The notes under the pieces are model-generated. The model saw only the letters and a list, made by a program, of their open reading frames with translations, was not told the DNA's origin and searched no databases. DNA of 64,000 nucleotides, taken from the NCBI GenBank assembly GCA_963738685.1, contig CAVTXK010000002.1, positions 944,168 through 1,008,167 of the forward strand, given 5' to 3'. The translations under genes and the position numbers were made by a program. Below, in pieces: positions 13,852 through 25,560 of this stretch (its first letter is position 1; each line of letters starts with the position of its first letter). Source of the stretch: an uncultured Chloroflexia bacterium. Its GTDB lineage: Bacteria > Chloroflexota > Limnocylindria > Limnocylindrales > CSP1-4.

Positions 13852-15663
13852 GTGACCATCCCCCAGGACCGCCTGCGCAATTTCTCGATCATCGCCCATA
13901 TCGATCACGGCAAGTCCACGCTCGCCGATCGACTGCTGGAGCAGACCCACACGATCGAGGGTCGCCAGATGATGAGCCAGGTCCTCGATTCGATGGACCT
14001 CGAGCGCGAGAAGGGCATCACGATCAAGGCCCGCGCCGTCCGCCTCGAGTACCAGGCCAAGGATGGCAAGACCTACGGCCTCAACCTCATCGACACGCCA
14101 GGGCACGTCGACTTCGCCTACGAGGTCAGCCACAGCCTGCAGGCCTGCGAGGGCGCGATCCTCGTGGTCGATGCGACCCAGGGCATCGAGGCGCAGACCC
14201 TCGCCAACGTCCATCTGGCGATGCGCGAGAACCTCACGCTGATCCCGGTCCTCAACAAGATCGACCTGCCCTCGGCGGACCCGGAAACGATCATGGACGA
14301 GCTGGAGAACGTGCTCGCGATCCCGCGCGAGGAGGTCATCCTCGCGAGCGCCAAGGACGGCACCGGGGTCAGCGACATCCTCGAGGCGATCGTGGCACGG
14401 ATCCCGGCGCCCAAGGGCGACCCACACGGGCCTGTCCAGGGCCTGATCTTCGACAGCCACTACGACGCCTACAAGGGCGTGATCGTCTACGTCCGACTGG
14501 CCCAGGGCACGCTGAGATCCGGGGAGCCGATCCGGCTGATGGCCAGCGGGGCCGTGGCCGAGCCCCTGGAGCTCGGGGTGTTCCGCCCGCAGCTCGTGCC
14601 AGTCCGGCAGCTGGTCGCTGGCGAGGTGGGCTACGTCGCGACCGGCTTGAAGAACGTGCGCGAGGCCCAGGTCGGCGACACGCTGACGACCCAGGCACGC
14701 CCGGCGAACGAGCCGCTGCCCGGCTACCAGGAGGCCAAGAGCCTGGTCTTCGCCGGCATCTACCCGGTCAGCGGCGAGGACTACCCGCTGCTCCGCGAGG
14801 CGCTCGACAAGCTCCACCTCAACGACGCGAGCTTCACGTTCGAGCCGGAGAGCTCGGTGGCGCTCGGGTTCGGATTCCGCTGCGGGTTCCTGGGCCTGCT
14901 CCACATGGAGATCGTCCAGGAGCGCCTCGAGCGCGAGTTCGGCCTGGACCTGATCGCGTCGGCCCCGTCGGTGGAGTACCACGTCCAGCTCCAGCATGGC
15001 CGCGGCACGGTCGTGGTCGACAACCCGGCCCTGCTGCCCAACCCGGCCGACATCGAGACGATCGAGGAGCCGTGGGTCAAGCTCAGCGTCGTCACGCCGA
15101 GCGGGTACATCGGCCCGCTGATGGAGCTGTCGACAAACCGGCGCGGCACCTTCGTCAACATGGAGTACCTCGATCCCACCCGGGTCGTCCTCCACTTCGA
15201 GATGCCCCTGGCCGAGCTCATCGTCGACTACTTCGATCAGCTCAAGAGCCGTAGCCAGGGCTACGCCTCGATGGACTACGAGGAGCTCGGCTATCGACCG
15301 GCCAACCTCTCCAAGGTCGATATCCTCGTCAACGGCGAGCCGGTCGATGCGCTCTCGATCATCGTCCACCGCGATCGCGCGCAGCACACCGGGCGCGCCC
15401 TGACCGAGCGGCTCAAGCAGCTGATCCCGCGCCAGATGTTCGAGATCCCGATCCAGGCGGCGATCGGCAGCAACGTCATCGCCCGAGAAACCGTGCGCGC
15501 GATGCGCAAGAACGTGCTGGCCAAGTGTTACGGTGGCGACATCTCCCGCAAGCGCAAGCTGCTCGAGAAGCAGAAAGAGGGGAAGCAGCGCATGAAGCGC
15601 GTCGGATCGGTCGAGATCCCGCAGGAAGCGTTCCTCGCCATCCTCCGCATGGACGAGGGATAG
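13852..15663 (+). CDS. lepA: translation elongation factor 4 (LepA)
   Basis: [40 protein letters not shown], and the C-terminal [24 protein letters not shown]. Confidence 0.97.
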   Translation: MTIPQDRLRNFSIIAHIDHGKSTLADRLLEQTHTIEGRQMMSQVLDSMDLEREKGITIKARAVRLEYQAKDGKTYGLNLIDTPGHVDFAYEVSHSLQACEGAILVVDATQGIEAQTLANVHLAMRENLTLIPVLNKIDLPSADPETIMDELENVLAIPREEVILASAKDGTGVSDILEAIVARIPAPKGDPHGPVQGLIFDSHYDAYKGVIVYVRLAQGTLRSGEPIRLMASGAVAEPLELGVFRPQLVPVRQLVAGEVGYVATGLKNVREAQVGDTLTTQARPANEPLPGYQEAKSLVFAGIYPVSGEDYPLLREALDKLHLNDASFTFEPESSVALGFGFRCGFLGLLHMEIVQERLEREFGLDLIASAPSVEYHVQLQHGRGTVVVDNPALLPNPADIETIEEPWVKLSVVTPSGYIGPLMELSTNRRGTFVNMEYLDPTRVVLHFEMPLAELIVDYFDQLKSRSQGYASMDYEELGYRPANLSKVDILVNGEPVDALSIIVHRDRAQHTGRALTERLKQLIPRQMFEIPIQAAIGSNVIARETVRAMRKNVLAKCYGGDISRKRKLLEKQKEGKQRMKRVGSVEIPQEAFLAILRMDEG

Positions 15664-15669
15664 CGACGC

Positions 15670-16440
15670 GTGGACGACCTGTTCGACGTCTCGCGCGGTC
15701 TGATCGTCGTTGGGCTCACGCTCCTCCTCGTGATGCTCCGGCTCGACGCGGAGCGCTTCGGCACGGCCGAGTACTACGAGGCGACCCGCGATGGCGAGCG
15801 GCCGCGCGTCCGACGCCGCCTTGCCTGGTACGGCCTCGGGGGCGGCATCGTCGTCGCCATGCTGTTCATCAGCCCCGCCCCGCAGCAGGAGCTCTTTCTC
15901 GGATCCGGTGACCGCCTGGGCGCCCTGCTCGGAGGCTTGCTGTTCGCGGGCCTTGGCGTGGCCCAGGCCGCGGCGTTCGCGACGATCCGCTATCACCGCA
16001 TCCGCTTCCCGGACACGTCCTCGTACCCCGGTGCGCTGCTCAACTCCACGGCTACCGCGTTCATCGATGAGGTGACGTTCCGTGGCGCCATCTTCGGGAC
16101 GCTGATCATGCTCGGCCTGGAGGCGACCGCATCGAACATCATCCAGACGTTGCTCTATGCGCTGGCGACCCGTCTCGGCGCGCCCGGGCGCGACCGGTAC
16201 CTCCTCGCGACGACGCTCGGGATCGGGCTCATCGGGGGCTGGCTGACCGCGGTCACGGGTGGCATCGCCGCGGCGTTCCTCGGCCACGCGGTCACCCGCT
16301 TCGCGATCTTCCTGTGCACAGGCCACACCGGCCAGACGCTGCCTCGGGGACGCGAGGTTGAAGAGATCGAAAAACGCCGGCGGCCGCCGGACGGTTGGCG
16401 AGTCATCGGCTCGCGGGAGTCGGCATCCCGCGATCGGTGA
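15670..16440 (+). CDS. CPBP-family intramembrane glutamic endopeptidase (CAAX protease-like)
   Basis: Multi-TM protein carrying FIDEVTFRGAIFG (an EExxxR-type motif) and FLGHAVTRFAIF (an H-containing motif). Confidence 0.7.
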   Translation: MDDLFDVSRGLIVVGLTLLLVMLRLDAERFGTAEYYEATRDGERPRVRRRLAWYGLGGGIVVAMLFISPAPQQELFLGSGDRLGALLGGLLFAGLGVAQAAAFATIRYHRIRFPDTSSYPGALLNSTATAFIDEVTFRGAIFGTLIMLGLEATASNIIQTLLYALATRLGAPGRDRYLLATTLGIGLIGGWLTAVTGGIAAAFLGHAVTRFAIFLCTGHTGQTLPRGREVEEIEKRRRPPDGWRVIGSRESASRDR

Positions 16441-17669
16441 ACGCCCCCACAACGGCTTCGCTTCCCCCCGTCGCGCTGTACGTCCACGTCCCGTTCTGCG
16501 TCTCGCTCTGCCCGTACTGCGACTTCGTGGTCATCGCCGGTTCCGCGGCACGCGGCCCGCGCAACCGGATCGGCCAGTTCCTCGAGGCGGTCCTGTCCGA
16601 GATCGACCTGCGCGCGGACGCCCTCGACAAGAGCTTTGGCGAGCCGGGCACGGGCCGACCGGCGCTCGACACCGTCTATCTCGGCGGCGGCACCCCGTCG
16701 CTCGTGCCCGCCGACGAGATCGGCCGGCTGCTCGCACATGTCGCTGATCGATTCGGGATCGCCCCCGACGCCGAGGTCACGCTCGAGGCCAACCCCGGGC
16801 CGGACGAGCGTGGCGACCCGGCAGCCCTGGGCCGCGCCGGCGTCACACGGATCTCGTTCGGCGTCCAGTCGCTCGATGACGGGGAGCTGCGCAAGCTCGG
16901 GCGGCGCCACCGGTCCCGACACGTCGCCGAGGCGGTCGCGGCCGCCCGGTCGGCCGGCATCGCGAGCGTCAACGTGGACCTGCTGTACGACGTGCCCGAT
17001 ACCGACCTGCCCACCTGGATGGCGACGCTGGACGCCGCGCTCGATCTCGGGACGGACCACCTGTCCCTTTACGCCCTCATGCTCGACGATCCCGATGCCG
17101 AGGGCCTCACGGGTCCGACCGGCGACCACCTCCCGACGACCCGCGGGGCCCGTCGCTGGCGCGACGCCGTCCGGCCCGGCCAGGATGAGGATCGCGCCGC
17201 GGCGCAGTACCACTACGCGACGATCGCCTTGGCCGATGCCGGGTTCCGTGGTTACGAGATCTCGAATTGGGCGCGCGCGGGACACGAAAGCCGGCACAAC
17301 CTGGCCTACTGGCAGCGGCGACCGCACGAGGCGGTCGGGCCCGGAGCGCACGCGTTCGATGGGGTCAGCCGCCGCTGGAACGCGGCTCGCCTCGACGGGT
17401 ACGTCACGGCCCTCAACGCTCCCCAGCCGACCCTGCCGCCGGGCGGGGTCGAGCCGGTCGACGACGCCACCGCGAGCATCGAGGACCTGATCCTTGGGCT
17501 CCGGCTGGATACGGGCGTTCCGCTGGCCGCGGCCCACCGGCCACCACTGGCCGATTCGTTCGGGTGGGCGCTGGCGGCGGAGTTGCTCGATGTGACCGGG
17601 GAGGACCGGGTCGTGCTCACGACGCGCGGCCGCCTGCTTTCGAACGAGTTGTTCGCCCGGCTCGTCTGA
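16437..17669 (+). CDS. hemW: radical SAM heme chaperone HemW (HemN-like, oxygen-independent coproporphyrinogen oxidase family)
   Basis: The GTG start overlaps the upstream stop (GTGA). LYVHVPFCVSLCPYCDF is the CxxxCxxC motif. Also YLGGGTPS and ISFGVQSLDDGELRKLGRRH. Confidence 0.9.
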   Translation: MNAPTTASLPPVALYVHVPFCVSLCPYCDFVVIAGSAARGPRNRIGQFLEAVLSEIDLRADALDKSFGEPGTGRPALDTVYLGGGTPSLVPADEIGRLLAHVADRFGIAPDAEVTLEANPGPDERGDPAALGRAGVTRISFGVQSLDDGELRKLGRRHRSRHVAEAVAAARSAGIASVNVDLLYDVPDTDLPTWMATLDAALDLGTDHLSLYALMLDDPDAEGLTGPTGDHLPTTRGARRWRDAVRPGQDEDRAAAQYHYATIALADAGFRGYEISNWARAGHESRHNLAYWQRRPHEAVGPGAHAFDGVSRRWNAARLDGYVTALNAPQPTLPPGGVEPVDDATASIEDLILGLRLDTGVPLAAAHRPPLADSFGWALAAELLDVTGEDRVVLTTRGRLLSNELFARLV

Positions 17670-17728
17670 GGGACCCGGAGCGGCGGGGCAAGCGGCTGTC
17701 GGCGGGGGCGCCCTGGGCCGCTCCCGCG

Positions 17729-17758
17729 TTGACACTCGAATGGGCCGACTGCTACGAT
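17729..17758 (+). promoter_or_regulatory. sigma-70-like promoter of the hrcA operon (TTGACA-18 nt-TACGAT)
   Basis: TTGACA lies at 17729-17734 and TACGAT at 17753-17758, immediately upstream of the CIRCE element. Confidence 0.5.
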
Positions 17759-17770
17759 GCCTGCAACCCG

Positions 17771-17797
17771 TTAGCACTCTCACCCATCGAGTGCTAA
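17771..17797 (+). promoter_or_regulatory. CIRCE operator (HrcA binding site)
   Basis: Perfect TTAGCACTC-N9-GAGTGCTAA located 19 nt upstream of the hrcA start. Confidence 0.92.
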
Positions 17798-17815
17798 CCA
17801 CCGTGGGAGAACGAG

Positions 17816-18886
17816 TTGGCGCGTCGGATCCGTCGCACCCTCGGCCCCCTGGACCTCCGCTCTCAAGCGATCCTTCGGGCCGTCATCGAGGAATATGTCA
17901 CGACCGCGCAGCCGGTCGGCAGCCAGGCGCTCGTCGAGCGCTACGGCCTCGGTGTGTCCAGCGCGACCGTCCGGAACATCCTCGCCGACCTGGAGATGGC
18001 TGGACTGCTGACCCATCCGCACACGAGCGCCGGGCGAGTGCCCACGGATGCCGGCTACCGGTTCTACGTCGAATCGATCGTCGATACCGTGCCCCTCCCC
18101 GCCGTCGAGCAGCTGATGATCCGGCACCAGTTCGGTCAGGTCGAGTTCGCCAGCGAGCACTGGTTCCGCCTCGCCGCCTCGACGCTCGCCGGGCTGACCC
18201 GCTCGGCCGGCCTCGCGACGCCCGCCAAGCCCAGCGCGGCCCACATCCGCCGCGTGGACCTGGTCGCCGTCAACGAGCGGATGGCGAGCCTCATCCTCGT
18301 CCTGCGCGAGGGTGCCATCAAGCAGGCCGTGGTCAACCTCGAGGAAGCCGACGGCGTCGACCAGCCGATGCTCAACCGCGTCGCCGGCCTGCTCAACGAG
18401 CGCCTCATGGACACCACGGCCTCACGAGCGGAGGCCGTGCTCGCCCGACTGTCCGACGACGATCCCCTCCAGCGCCTCGCTCGACGGGTCGGCGATCGGA
18501 TCCTGCGGATCCTGCGTGACTTCGACGCTGCGACCGTCGAGGAGGTCTTCAGCGACGGCCTGCTCAACGTCATGGAGGCCCCGGAGTTCGCCCAGAGCGA
18601 CAAGCTCCGCCAGGTCTTCACCGCGCTCGAGAACCGCGTGTACCTCGGCGAGCTCGTCGGGAGCGTCGCCGCGTCCGGTCGGATCCACATCCTGATCGGG
18701 GCGGAGAACCCGCGTGCCGAAATGCACGACGTGTCGCTCGTGCTGGCCCCCTACGGCCGGCCGGGTAGCGCGATCGGCGTCGTCGGTGTCCTCGGGCCCA
18801 CGCGCATGAGCTATGCCCAGGCCATCGGCACGGTCCGTTTCGTGTCCGGCCTCATGAACGAACTGGTGGATCACCTGTATGCCTAA
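17816..18886 (+). CDS. hrcA: heat-inducible transcription repressor HrcA
   Basis: ILRAVIEEYVTTAQPVGSQALVERYGLGVSSATVRNILADLEMAGLLTHPHTSAGRVPTDAGYRFYV. A CIRCE element lies upstream. Confidence 0.95.
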   Translation: MARRIRRTLGPLDLRSQAILRAVIEEYVTTAQPVGSQALVERYGLGVSSATVRNILADLEMAGLLTHPHTSAGRVPTDAGYRFYVESIVDTVPLPAVEQLMIRHQFGQVEFASEHWFRLAASTLAGLTRSAGLATPAKPSAAHIRRVDLVAVNERMASLILVLREGAIKQAVVNLEEADGVDQPMLNRVAGLLNERLMDTTASRAEAVLARLSDDDPLQRLARRVGDRILRILRDFDAATVEEVFSDGLLNVMEAPEFAQSDKLRQVFTALENRVYLGELVGSVAASGRIHILIGAENPRAEMHDVSLVLAPYGRPGSAIGVVGVLGPTRMSYAQAIGTVRFVSGLMNELVDHLYA

Positions 18887-19460
18887 CCAACGAACTCGCG
18901 CCGATGAGCGCGCAGACGAGATCGACATCTCGCCGACCAAGCTGCTGGCCGACATCGAGGCACTGCGCGCCGAGGCCGAGGCGGCCAAGAAGCAGACCGA
19001 CGAGTACCTGTCCGCCCTTCAACGCGAGCGAGCGGAGTTCCTCAACTTCAAGCGCCGCACCGCCGAGGAGCGCCAGCGCGAATCGGGCCTGGCGGCCGAT
19101 GACCTCATCCGCAAGGTGCTCAACGTCGCCGACGACTTCGACCGGGCCATCGACGCGCGACCGGAGTCGATCGCGAAGGACCCGTGGTTCGAGGGCGTCA
19201 GCGCCATCGATCGCAAGCTTCGCCAGCTCCTCGAGAGCGAGGGCGTGACCGCGATCGACGGGACGCCCGGCACGCCGTTCGATCCGCGCGAGCACGAGGC
19301 CATCGCCACCGTCCCCGGCACCGGACGCCCCGAGGGCGAGATCGTCGAACAGATCCGGCGCGGCTATCGATTGCGCGATCGCGTCCTGCGGCCGGCCCTC
19401 GTGGCCGTCGCCGCTGCGCCCGACGGCGCCACCACCACCGACCCTAGTCAACTGAACTGA
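18879..19460 (+). CDS. grpE: nucleotide exchange factor GrpE
   Basis: Overlaps the hrcA end by 8 nt. [33 protein letters not shown] and FDPREHEAI. Confidence 0.9.
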   Translation: MPNQRTRADERADEIDISPTKLLADIEALRAEAEAAKKQTDEYLSALQRERAEFLNFKRRTAEERQRESGLAADDLIRKVLNVADDFDRAIDARPESIAKDPWFEGVSAIDRKLRQLLESEGVTAIDGTPGTPFDPREHEAIATVPGTGRPEGEIVEQIRRGYRLRDRVLRPALVAVAAAPDGATTTDPSQLN

Positions 19461-19486
19461 ATCCGAGCGAGGAGCAAGAACCACCC

Positions 19487-21431
<1,945 letters not shown>

Positions 21432-21470
21432 GCTTCCTGGGCCCGATCGCCCAGTTCCTCGCAGATCAGT

Positions 21471-21498
21471 ACCGCCCGGGCCTGACGGCCCGGGCGGT
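21471..21498 (+). terminator. intrinsic terminator after dnaK
   Basis: accgcccgggcc tgac ggcccgggcggt is a perfect 12-bp stem, followed by tcgttgttc. Confidence 0.6.
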
Positions 21499-21565
21499 TC
21501 GTTGTTCGGGCGCGGCCACAGCCGTGGTCGTACGGCCCGGGGTCGTGCTTGCTGCCGCGCACGGC

Positions 21566-21735
21566 CGGGTCGTGCCCGCGACCCGGGTCGTGCTGCGGCC
21601 GGTTCGTGCCCGCGACCCGGGTCGTGCCGCGGCCGGTTCGTGCCCGCGACCCGGGTCGTGCCGCGGCCGGTTCGTGCCCGCGACCCGGGTCGTGCCGCGG
21701 CCGGTTCGTGCCCGCGACTCGGGTCGTGCCGCCCT
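21566..21735. repeat. tandem array, ~5 copies of a 34-bp unit (two 17-bp half-units), each carrying the palindromes CGACCCGGGTCG and GCCGCGGC
   Basis: The unit ggttcgtgcccgcgacccgggtcgtgccgcggcc repeats head-to-tail with period 34 (checked at 21601, 21635, 21669). Edge copies are degenerate. No spacers separate the units. Confidence 0.88.
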
Positions 21736-21835
21736 GCCGTGCCCGGGCATTTCGGTCTTCCAGTCCTGTCAGATGTCCACCACACGGGCGTTGGTCCGCG
21801 ACATCCTGACAACTGCACCCACATCGGAACCTTTG

Positions 21836-22597
21836 TCAGCTGTTGGGGACCGGTCGATGGCATGCCGTGCGTAATCCGCGGCGCTCAGGGCGGCTCGGGC
21901 CAGCGACGCGGTGACGAGCGCTCGCCTGATGCGCATTTGTCAGGAAGAGAACGCCGGCCAGCCGCCCGGAAGGAGCGCTCAACCATCGGCGAACATCGAC
22001 GGTCCGTGCAGGAAGCGTCGCGCCGAACGTCGCGGCATGCCGTTGCACGCGTCGTCTGGCGGTCCGATCGTCCGGGAGGACGAGGAGTCGAGACACGGTT
22101 CGCACCTGCCAGCCCCGCTCGCGCGCGATGTCGGCGGCCAAGCGCGCCTTTCGATCGAGGGCTCCCAGCATGGCCTGGAGATCCGGCACGACCGACTTGA
22201 TCTCGATGACCAGGAGGGATCCGCTCGGGGGGTGGAATGCCAGGATGTCGATGGTCCCCCGCTCGCCCCGGATATTGAACGACACCTCGGGCGCGACCTC
22301 CCAGTCGACAGACCTCAGACGAGCCAGCATCCGCTCGGTTAGGTCCGCATGAGCGCTGTCGAGCAGCCGATCGAGCCCCTCGCCCTGCCAAAGCAGGCGT
22401 ACGGTCACCGTTCCCCCGAGTGCCGCCGCGACCTGGATCAGGACGTGCACCGGAACCCGATCGGCCCGACTGCGCTCGATCCGACCCACAACGCTACGCG
22501 AGACGTGGGCGGCATCCGCAAGCCGTTGCTGCGTCCATCCGCGTCGGCGGCGCAGGGCGCGCATCGCCAGTCCGTACCGCACGACATCCATGCCCAC
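21836..22597 (-). CDS. XRE-family HTH domain fused to a PD-(D/E)xK (YraN/Hjc-like) nuclease-fold domain
   Basis: The N-terminus LRRRRGWTQQRLADAAHVSRSVVGRIERSRADRVPVHVLIQVAAALG is a Cro/C1-type HTH. The C-terminal part has E-x-G-T-I-D-ILAF...LLVIEIKS, i.e. a D ... E-x-K arrangement. Confidence 0.7.
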   Translation of the reverse strand: MGMDVVRYGLAMRALRRRRGWTQQRLADAAHVSRSVVGRIERSRADRVPVHVLIQVAAALGGTVTVRLLWQGEGLDRLLDSAHADLTERMLARLRSVDWEVAPEVSFNIRGERGTIDILAFHPPSGSLLVIEIKSVVPDLQAMLGALDRKARLAADIARERGWQVRTVSRLLVLPDDRTARRRVQRHAATFGATLPARTVDVRRWLSAPSGRLAGVLFLTNAHQASARHRVAGPSRPERRGLRTACHRPVPNS

Positions 22598-22792
22598 GAG
22601 TCTGGCGAAGGCGGCTTACCTGGGACTTACCCAGCCTTCCCGACCGACCATGGACCGCTCATCGACGACGGTCCGCTATGCAGACGTCGTCCCGATCCCA
22701 TGTGCGTTGCGGGCGCGACACCCGCCGGGCGATTACCCGCCGGGCGCTACAGTGCGGCGCGACACCCGCCGGGCGAATACCCGCCGCGCACT

Positions 22793-23536
22793 TCAGGGCA
22801 GCGCAGCGACGATGGTGGCGACCTCGGGCGGCAGCTCCGGCTCGGCACCGTCGTGCATCGGCGTCGGGTAGCGGATGACGATCAGCGCATCCTCGCGGAC
22901 GACGAGGAAGTGCGTGTCGTTCGGGAACCATGAGCGGATGGCGACGGTCACCGTGTCGTCGCCGACCGGCCGCTCGGCGATGAAGGGGTAGGGCGCCTCC
23001 GAATCGAGCATCGCAAGTCGGGCGTCGCGCAGCTCCGAGCCGCTCGCCCCAGCCACGCTGAACGCGACGAGCCCGTACCGCTCGACCGCCGCGTCGAAGG
23101 CGAACGCGAGGGTCACGTCATCGACTTCGGCGCCCACACCCTCGGCCATCAGCCGTGCCTCAAGGGGACAGACGAAGCTGCAGACGTCGCCGCCGGTGTC
23201 GTACTGGGCGCCGGGCGCACTCATTCGGATGAGCTCGACGTCGCCGATGCGTGCCGGGAGCAGCGCCTCCAGCGATGGATCCGCATGCGGCACATCGGAT
23301 GGCGAGATGGTCGCGCGCCCGCTCGTGCTCTGGCTCGCGCTGGGGGATGGCGGCACGGTGGCCGTCGGCGCGCCCGATGGCGGCGCGGTGGCCGCCGGCG
23401 CGGTCGCGGCTGCCGTCGGCGAGATGACCGTCGCCTCGGCAGCCGCGGACATGCCGGGCTGGGCCGAGCAGGCCGCGACCAGCGCCATCGCCAGACCGAT
23501 GGACAGTAGGCGCCGGGCGCGAGCCGCGTAGGTCAT
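22793..23536 (-). CDS. hypothetical lipoprotein
   Basis: Signal peptide with lipobox: LLSIGLAMALVAAC|S. A Pro/Ala/Thr linker and then a globular domain follow. I recognise no family. Confidence 0.6.
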   Translation of the reverse strand: MTYAARARRLLSIGLAMALVAACSAQPGMSAAAEATVISPTAAATAPAATAPPSGAPTATVPPSPSASQSTSGRATISPSDVPHADPSLEALLPARIGDVELIRMSAPGAQYDTGGDVCSFVCPLEARLMAEGVGAEVDDVTLAFAFDAAVERYGLVAFSVAGASGSELRDARLAMLDSEAPYPFIAERPVGDDTVTVAIRSWFPNDTHFLVVREDALIVIRYPTPMHDGAEPELPPEVATIVAALP

Positions 23537-23622
23537 GCCCGGAGTCTATGTCCCGATCTGCCCGCTACCACCAGCCGGACGTACGGGATGGCTCGACCCG
23601 GGCTGCCCTGATCAGGCCATGC

Positions 23623-25029
23623 TCAGCCCAGGAACAGCGACGTCCCCGGTGCCACGGCTCCGGCGACAAGCACGATCGCGTAGGCGGCCAGCAGGAGCAG
23701 GCCGGCCGTCATGTGGAGCTGGATGTTGGTGCCCATGATCGCCATGAGCCCGTACGGGTTGTCGTAGTTGGGGGCCAGGCCACGCGACACTTGCCGGGCC
23801 AGCGGGATCGTGAGCAGCATCAGCAGGGTCGGGACCGGGAGCACGCCCAGGACGACACCGGCCACGAGGGCCACGTACGCCGCGATGACGGCACCGTTGT
23901 AGCCGGCGATGACGGCCTGCCGCGAGAACCGAACCGGGAGCGTCCGCTTGCCGGCCCGCGCGTCGCCGCGGCGGTCCGGGATCTCGTTGACATACAGGAT
24001 CAACGCGACCAGCAGGGCGACAGGGATCGACGCCACGAACGGTTCCCACGACAATGTTCCCCGCGTCTGGACCACGTAGGCGCCGAGCAACATCATCGGA
24101 CCGAAGCCGAGCGCGACCGCGACCTCGCCGAGCCCGCGATACACGAACTTCAGCGGCGGAGCCGTGTAGCCGAGCGACACGATGAACCCGACGACCCCGA
24201 TCACCAGGAGCGCCGTCGAGCCGCGGGTCGCGAGCAACACGAGACCGATGATCCCGGCCAGCACGTAGAACACCGTCGCGAGGCCGGCCATCTGGCGGAG
24301 GGACACGAGGCCGTACTGGATGACTCGCGAGCCGCCGCTGAACTTGGTCGGCGTGACGTTGGCGTCGTCCGCCCCCTGGACCGTATCGAAGACGTCGTTG
24401 GCGACGTTCAGGCCGAGCTGGACGAACGCCGCACCGATCACGGTCAGCGCCGCGGCGACCAGATCGAACGCGCCATGACTCGCCGCGATGAGGATGCCGA
24501 GCACGACCGGGATGATCGTCGCGGTCAGGAACGGCAGCCGGGTCGTCCGCATGGTCAGGAAGCCGAACGAGAGCTTCGGCTTGACCGGCGTGCCCCGCTC
24601 CGCGGAAAGCGCATCGAAGTACCGTCGGGACTGCGGCAGCGAGCGCTCCGAATACTCGAAGAACGGGACCTCGGACTCGTCCCAGCCCCACGCGCTGTCG
24701 GCGGCAAGCGTCAGCCCCCGATCGTCACCCGTCGCGCGGCCCCAGACCGTCACGTGGCGGCGCTCGTCGTAGCCGTAGCCCGGCTGCGGCCGGATGTGTG
24801 AGGCGGTCAACGAGACCGGGCGATCGGTCGGGACCGCCATGCCGGCCGGCGCCGCGAACGTGGCGGTCAACCCGGTCGGATCGATGGTCGCGTCGACGGC
24901 GACGCTGACCGGATATCCCGCGTCATCGACCCAACTGGCGATGTGGAACGGGTAGGTGGCGAGCTTGTCGAGCCCGGCCCGCGCGTCCAGCTCGGGCGTG
25001 TTGCGGTCGTCGGCGATGGTGGCCATCAC
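23623..25029 (-). CDS. UbiA-family (MenA-like) prenyltransferase with ~150-aa N-terminal split-barrel (PNPOx-like) domain
   Basis: The C-terminal ~310 aa are polytopic and carry NVANDVFDTVQGADD and YVNEIPDRRGDARAGKRTLPV, which are the two Asp-rich UbiA/MenA motifs. The N-terminal soluble domain reads YPFHIASWVDDAGYPVSVAV...RHVTVWGRA. The start overlaps the stop of the upstream PNPOx gene. Confidence 0.8.
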   Translation of the reverse strand: MMATIADDRNTPELDARAGLDKLATYPFHIASWVDDAGYPVSVAVDATIDPTGLTATFAAPAGMAVPTDRPVSLTASHIRPQPGYGYDERRHVTVWGRATGDDRGLTLAADSAWGWDESEVPFFEYSERSLPQSRRYFDALSAERGTPVKPKLSFGFLTMRTTRLPFLTATIIPVVLGILIAASHGAFDLVAAALTVIGAAFVQLGLNVANDVFDTVQGADDANVTPTKFSGGSRVIQYGLVSLRQMAGLATVFYVLAGIIGLVLLATRGSTALLVIGVVGFIVSLGYTAPPLKFVYRGLGEVAVALGFGPMMLLGAYVVQTRGTLSWEPFVASIPVALLVALILYVNEIPDRRGDARAGKRTLPVRFSRQAVIAGYNGAVIAAYVALVAGVVLGVLPVPTLLMLLTIPLARQVSRGLAPNYDNPYGLMAIMGTNIQLHMTAGLLLLAAYAIVLVAGAVAPGTSLFLG

Positions 25030-25514
25030 GCGGCCTCCGGGGTCGCGGTCAGCGTCGTGATCGCCGGAGCCTGCCGGGCGTCACCGTCGGGCCAGTACAG
25101 GACGCGGCGCGGGGTGATCTCGATGAGCGCCCGCTCGAAGAAGAGGGGCAGCGCCACGCGCTGCTTGAGAAAGTATACGATCGAGGGCTCCTTGGCCTCC
25201 CAGATCGGCAGCAGCCGCGCCCATCCGCCGTGCGGGTCGTCGGCGATGATCCGGGCGTCGCCCTGGATGGTCGCTCGATCCGTTCGCCCGCCGACGCTGA
25301 CCGGGTCGGTGATCGACAGCGAGACCCGCGGATTTCCGTTGATGTGCTCGAGCTTCCGGCTGAACAGCGTCGATGACGTCAGGTAGACGCGCTCGCCGTC
25401 GTAGAGCGGGATCAGCGGGTAGGTGACCGGTCGCCCGTTCGCGTCGACGACGGTGAGCTCGCCGACGAGTGCCTGGTCGAGCAACTCGGCGACGGGGGTC
25501 GGCATGGTGGCCAT
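25026..25514 (-). CDS. pyridoxamine 5'-phosphate oxidase-family (split beta-barrel) protein
   Basis: I chose the ATG at 25514, 5 nt after AGGAG. LVGELTVVDANGRPVTYPLIPLYDGERVYLTSSTLFSRKLEHINGNPRVSLSI is typical of the PNPOx-like fold. Confidence 0.72.
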   Translation of the reverse strand: MATMPTPVAELLDQALVGELTVVDANGRPVTYPLIPLYDGERVYLTSSTLFSRKLEHINGNPRVSLSITDPVSVGGRTDRATIQGDARIIADDPHGGWARLLPIWEAKEPSIVYFLKQRVALPLFFERALIEITPRRVLYWPDGDARQAPAITTLTATPEAA

Positions 25515-25560
25515 GGTGGCTCCTGGGTGGTGCTTGGTACAGCCGCCATGATACCGCATG

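Noticed and set aside
13837-16452. An 871-aa ORF antisense to lepA and the CPBP gene. Similar giant antisense or out-of-frame ORFs occur at 28880..31348, 41291..44209, 49916..53047, 54202..56859 and 25563..27386.
   Set aside because: Their translations are Arg/Gly/Asp/Pro-rich low-complexity strings with no recognisable motifs. They lie opposite strongly conserved genes. Long spurious ORFs are expected in ~70% GC DNA because stop codons are AT-rich.
21538-21735. The tandem repeats here, at 49190-49365 and at 53351-53422 as possible CRISPR arrays.
   Set aside because: The units are directly abutting with no unique spacers, unit lengths are 24-35 bp with sub-repeats, and no cas genes are present. 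They are minisatellite-like arrays, not CRISPR.
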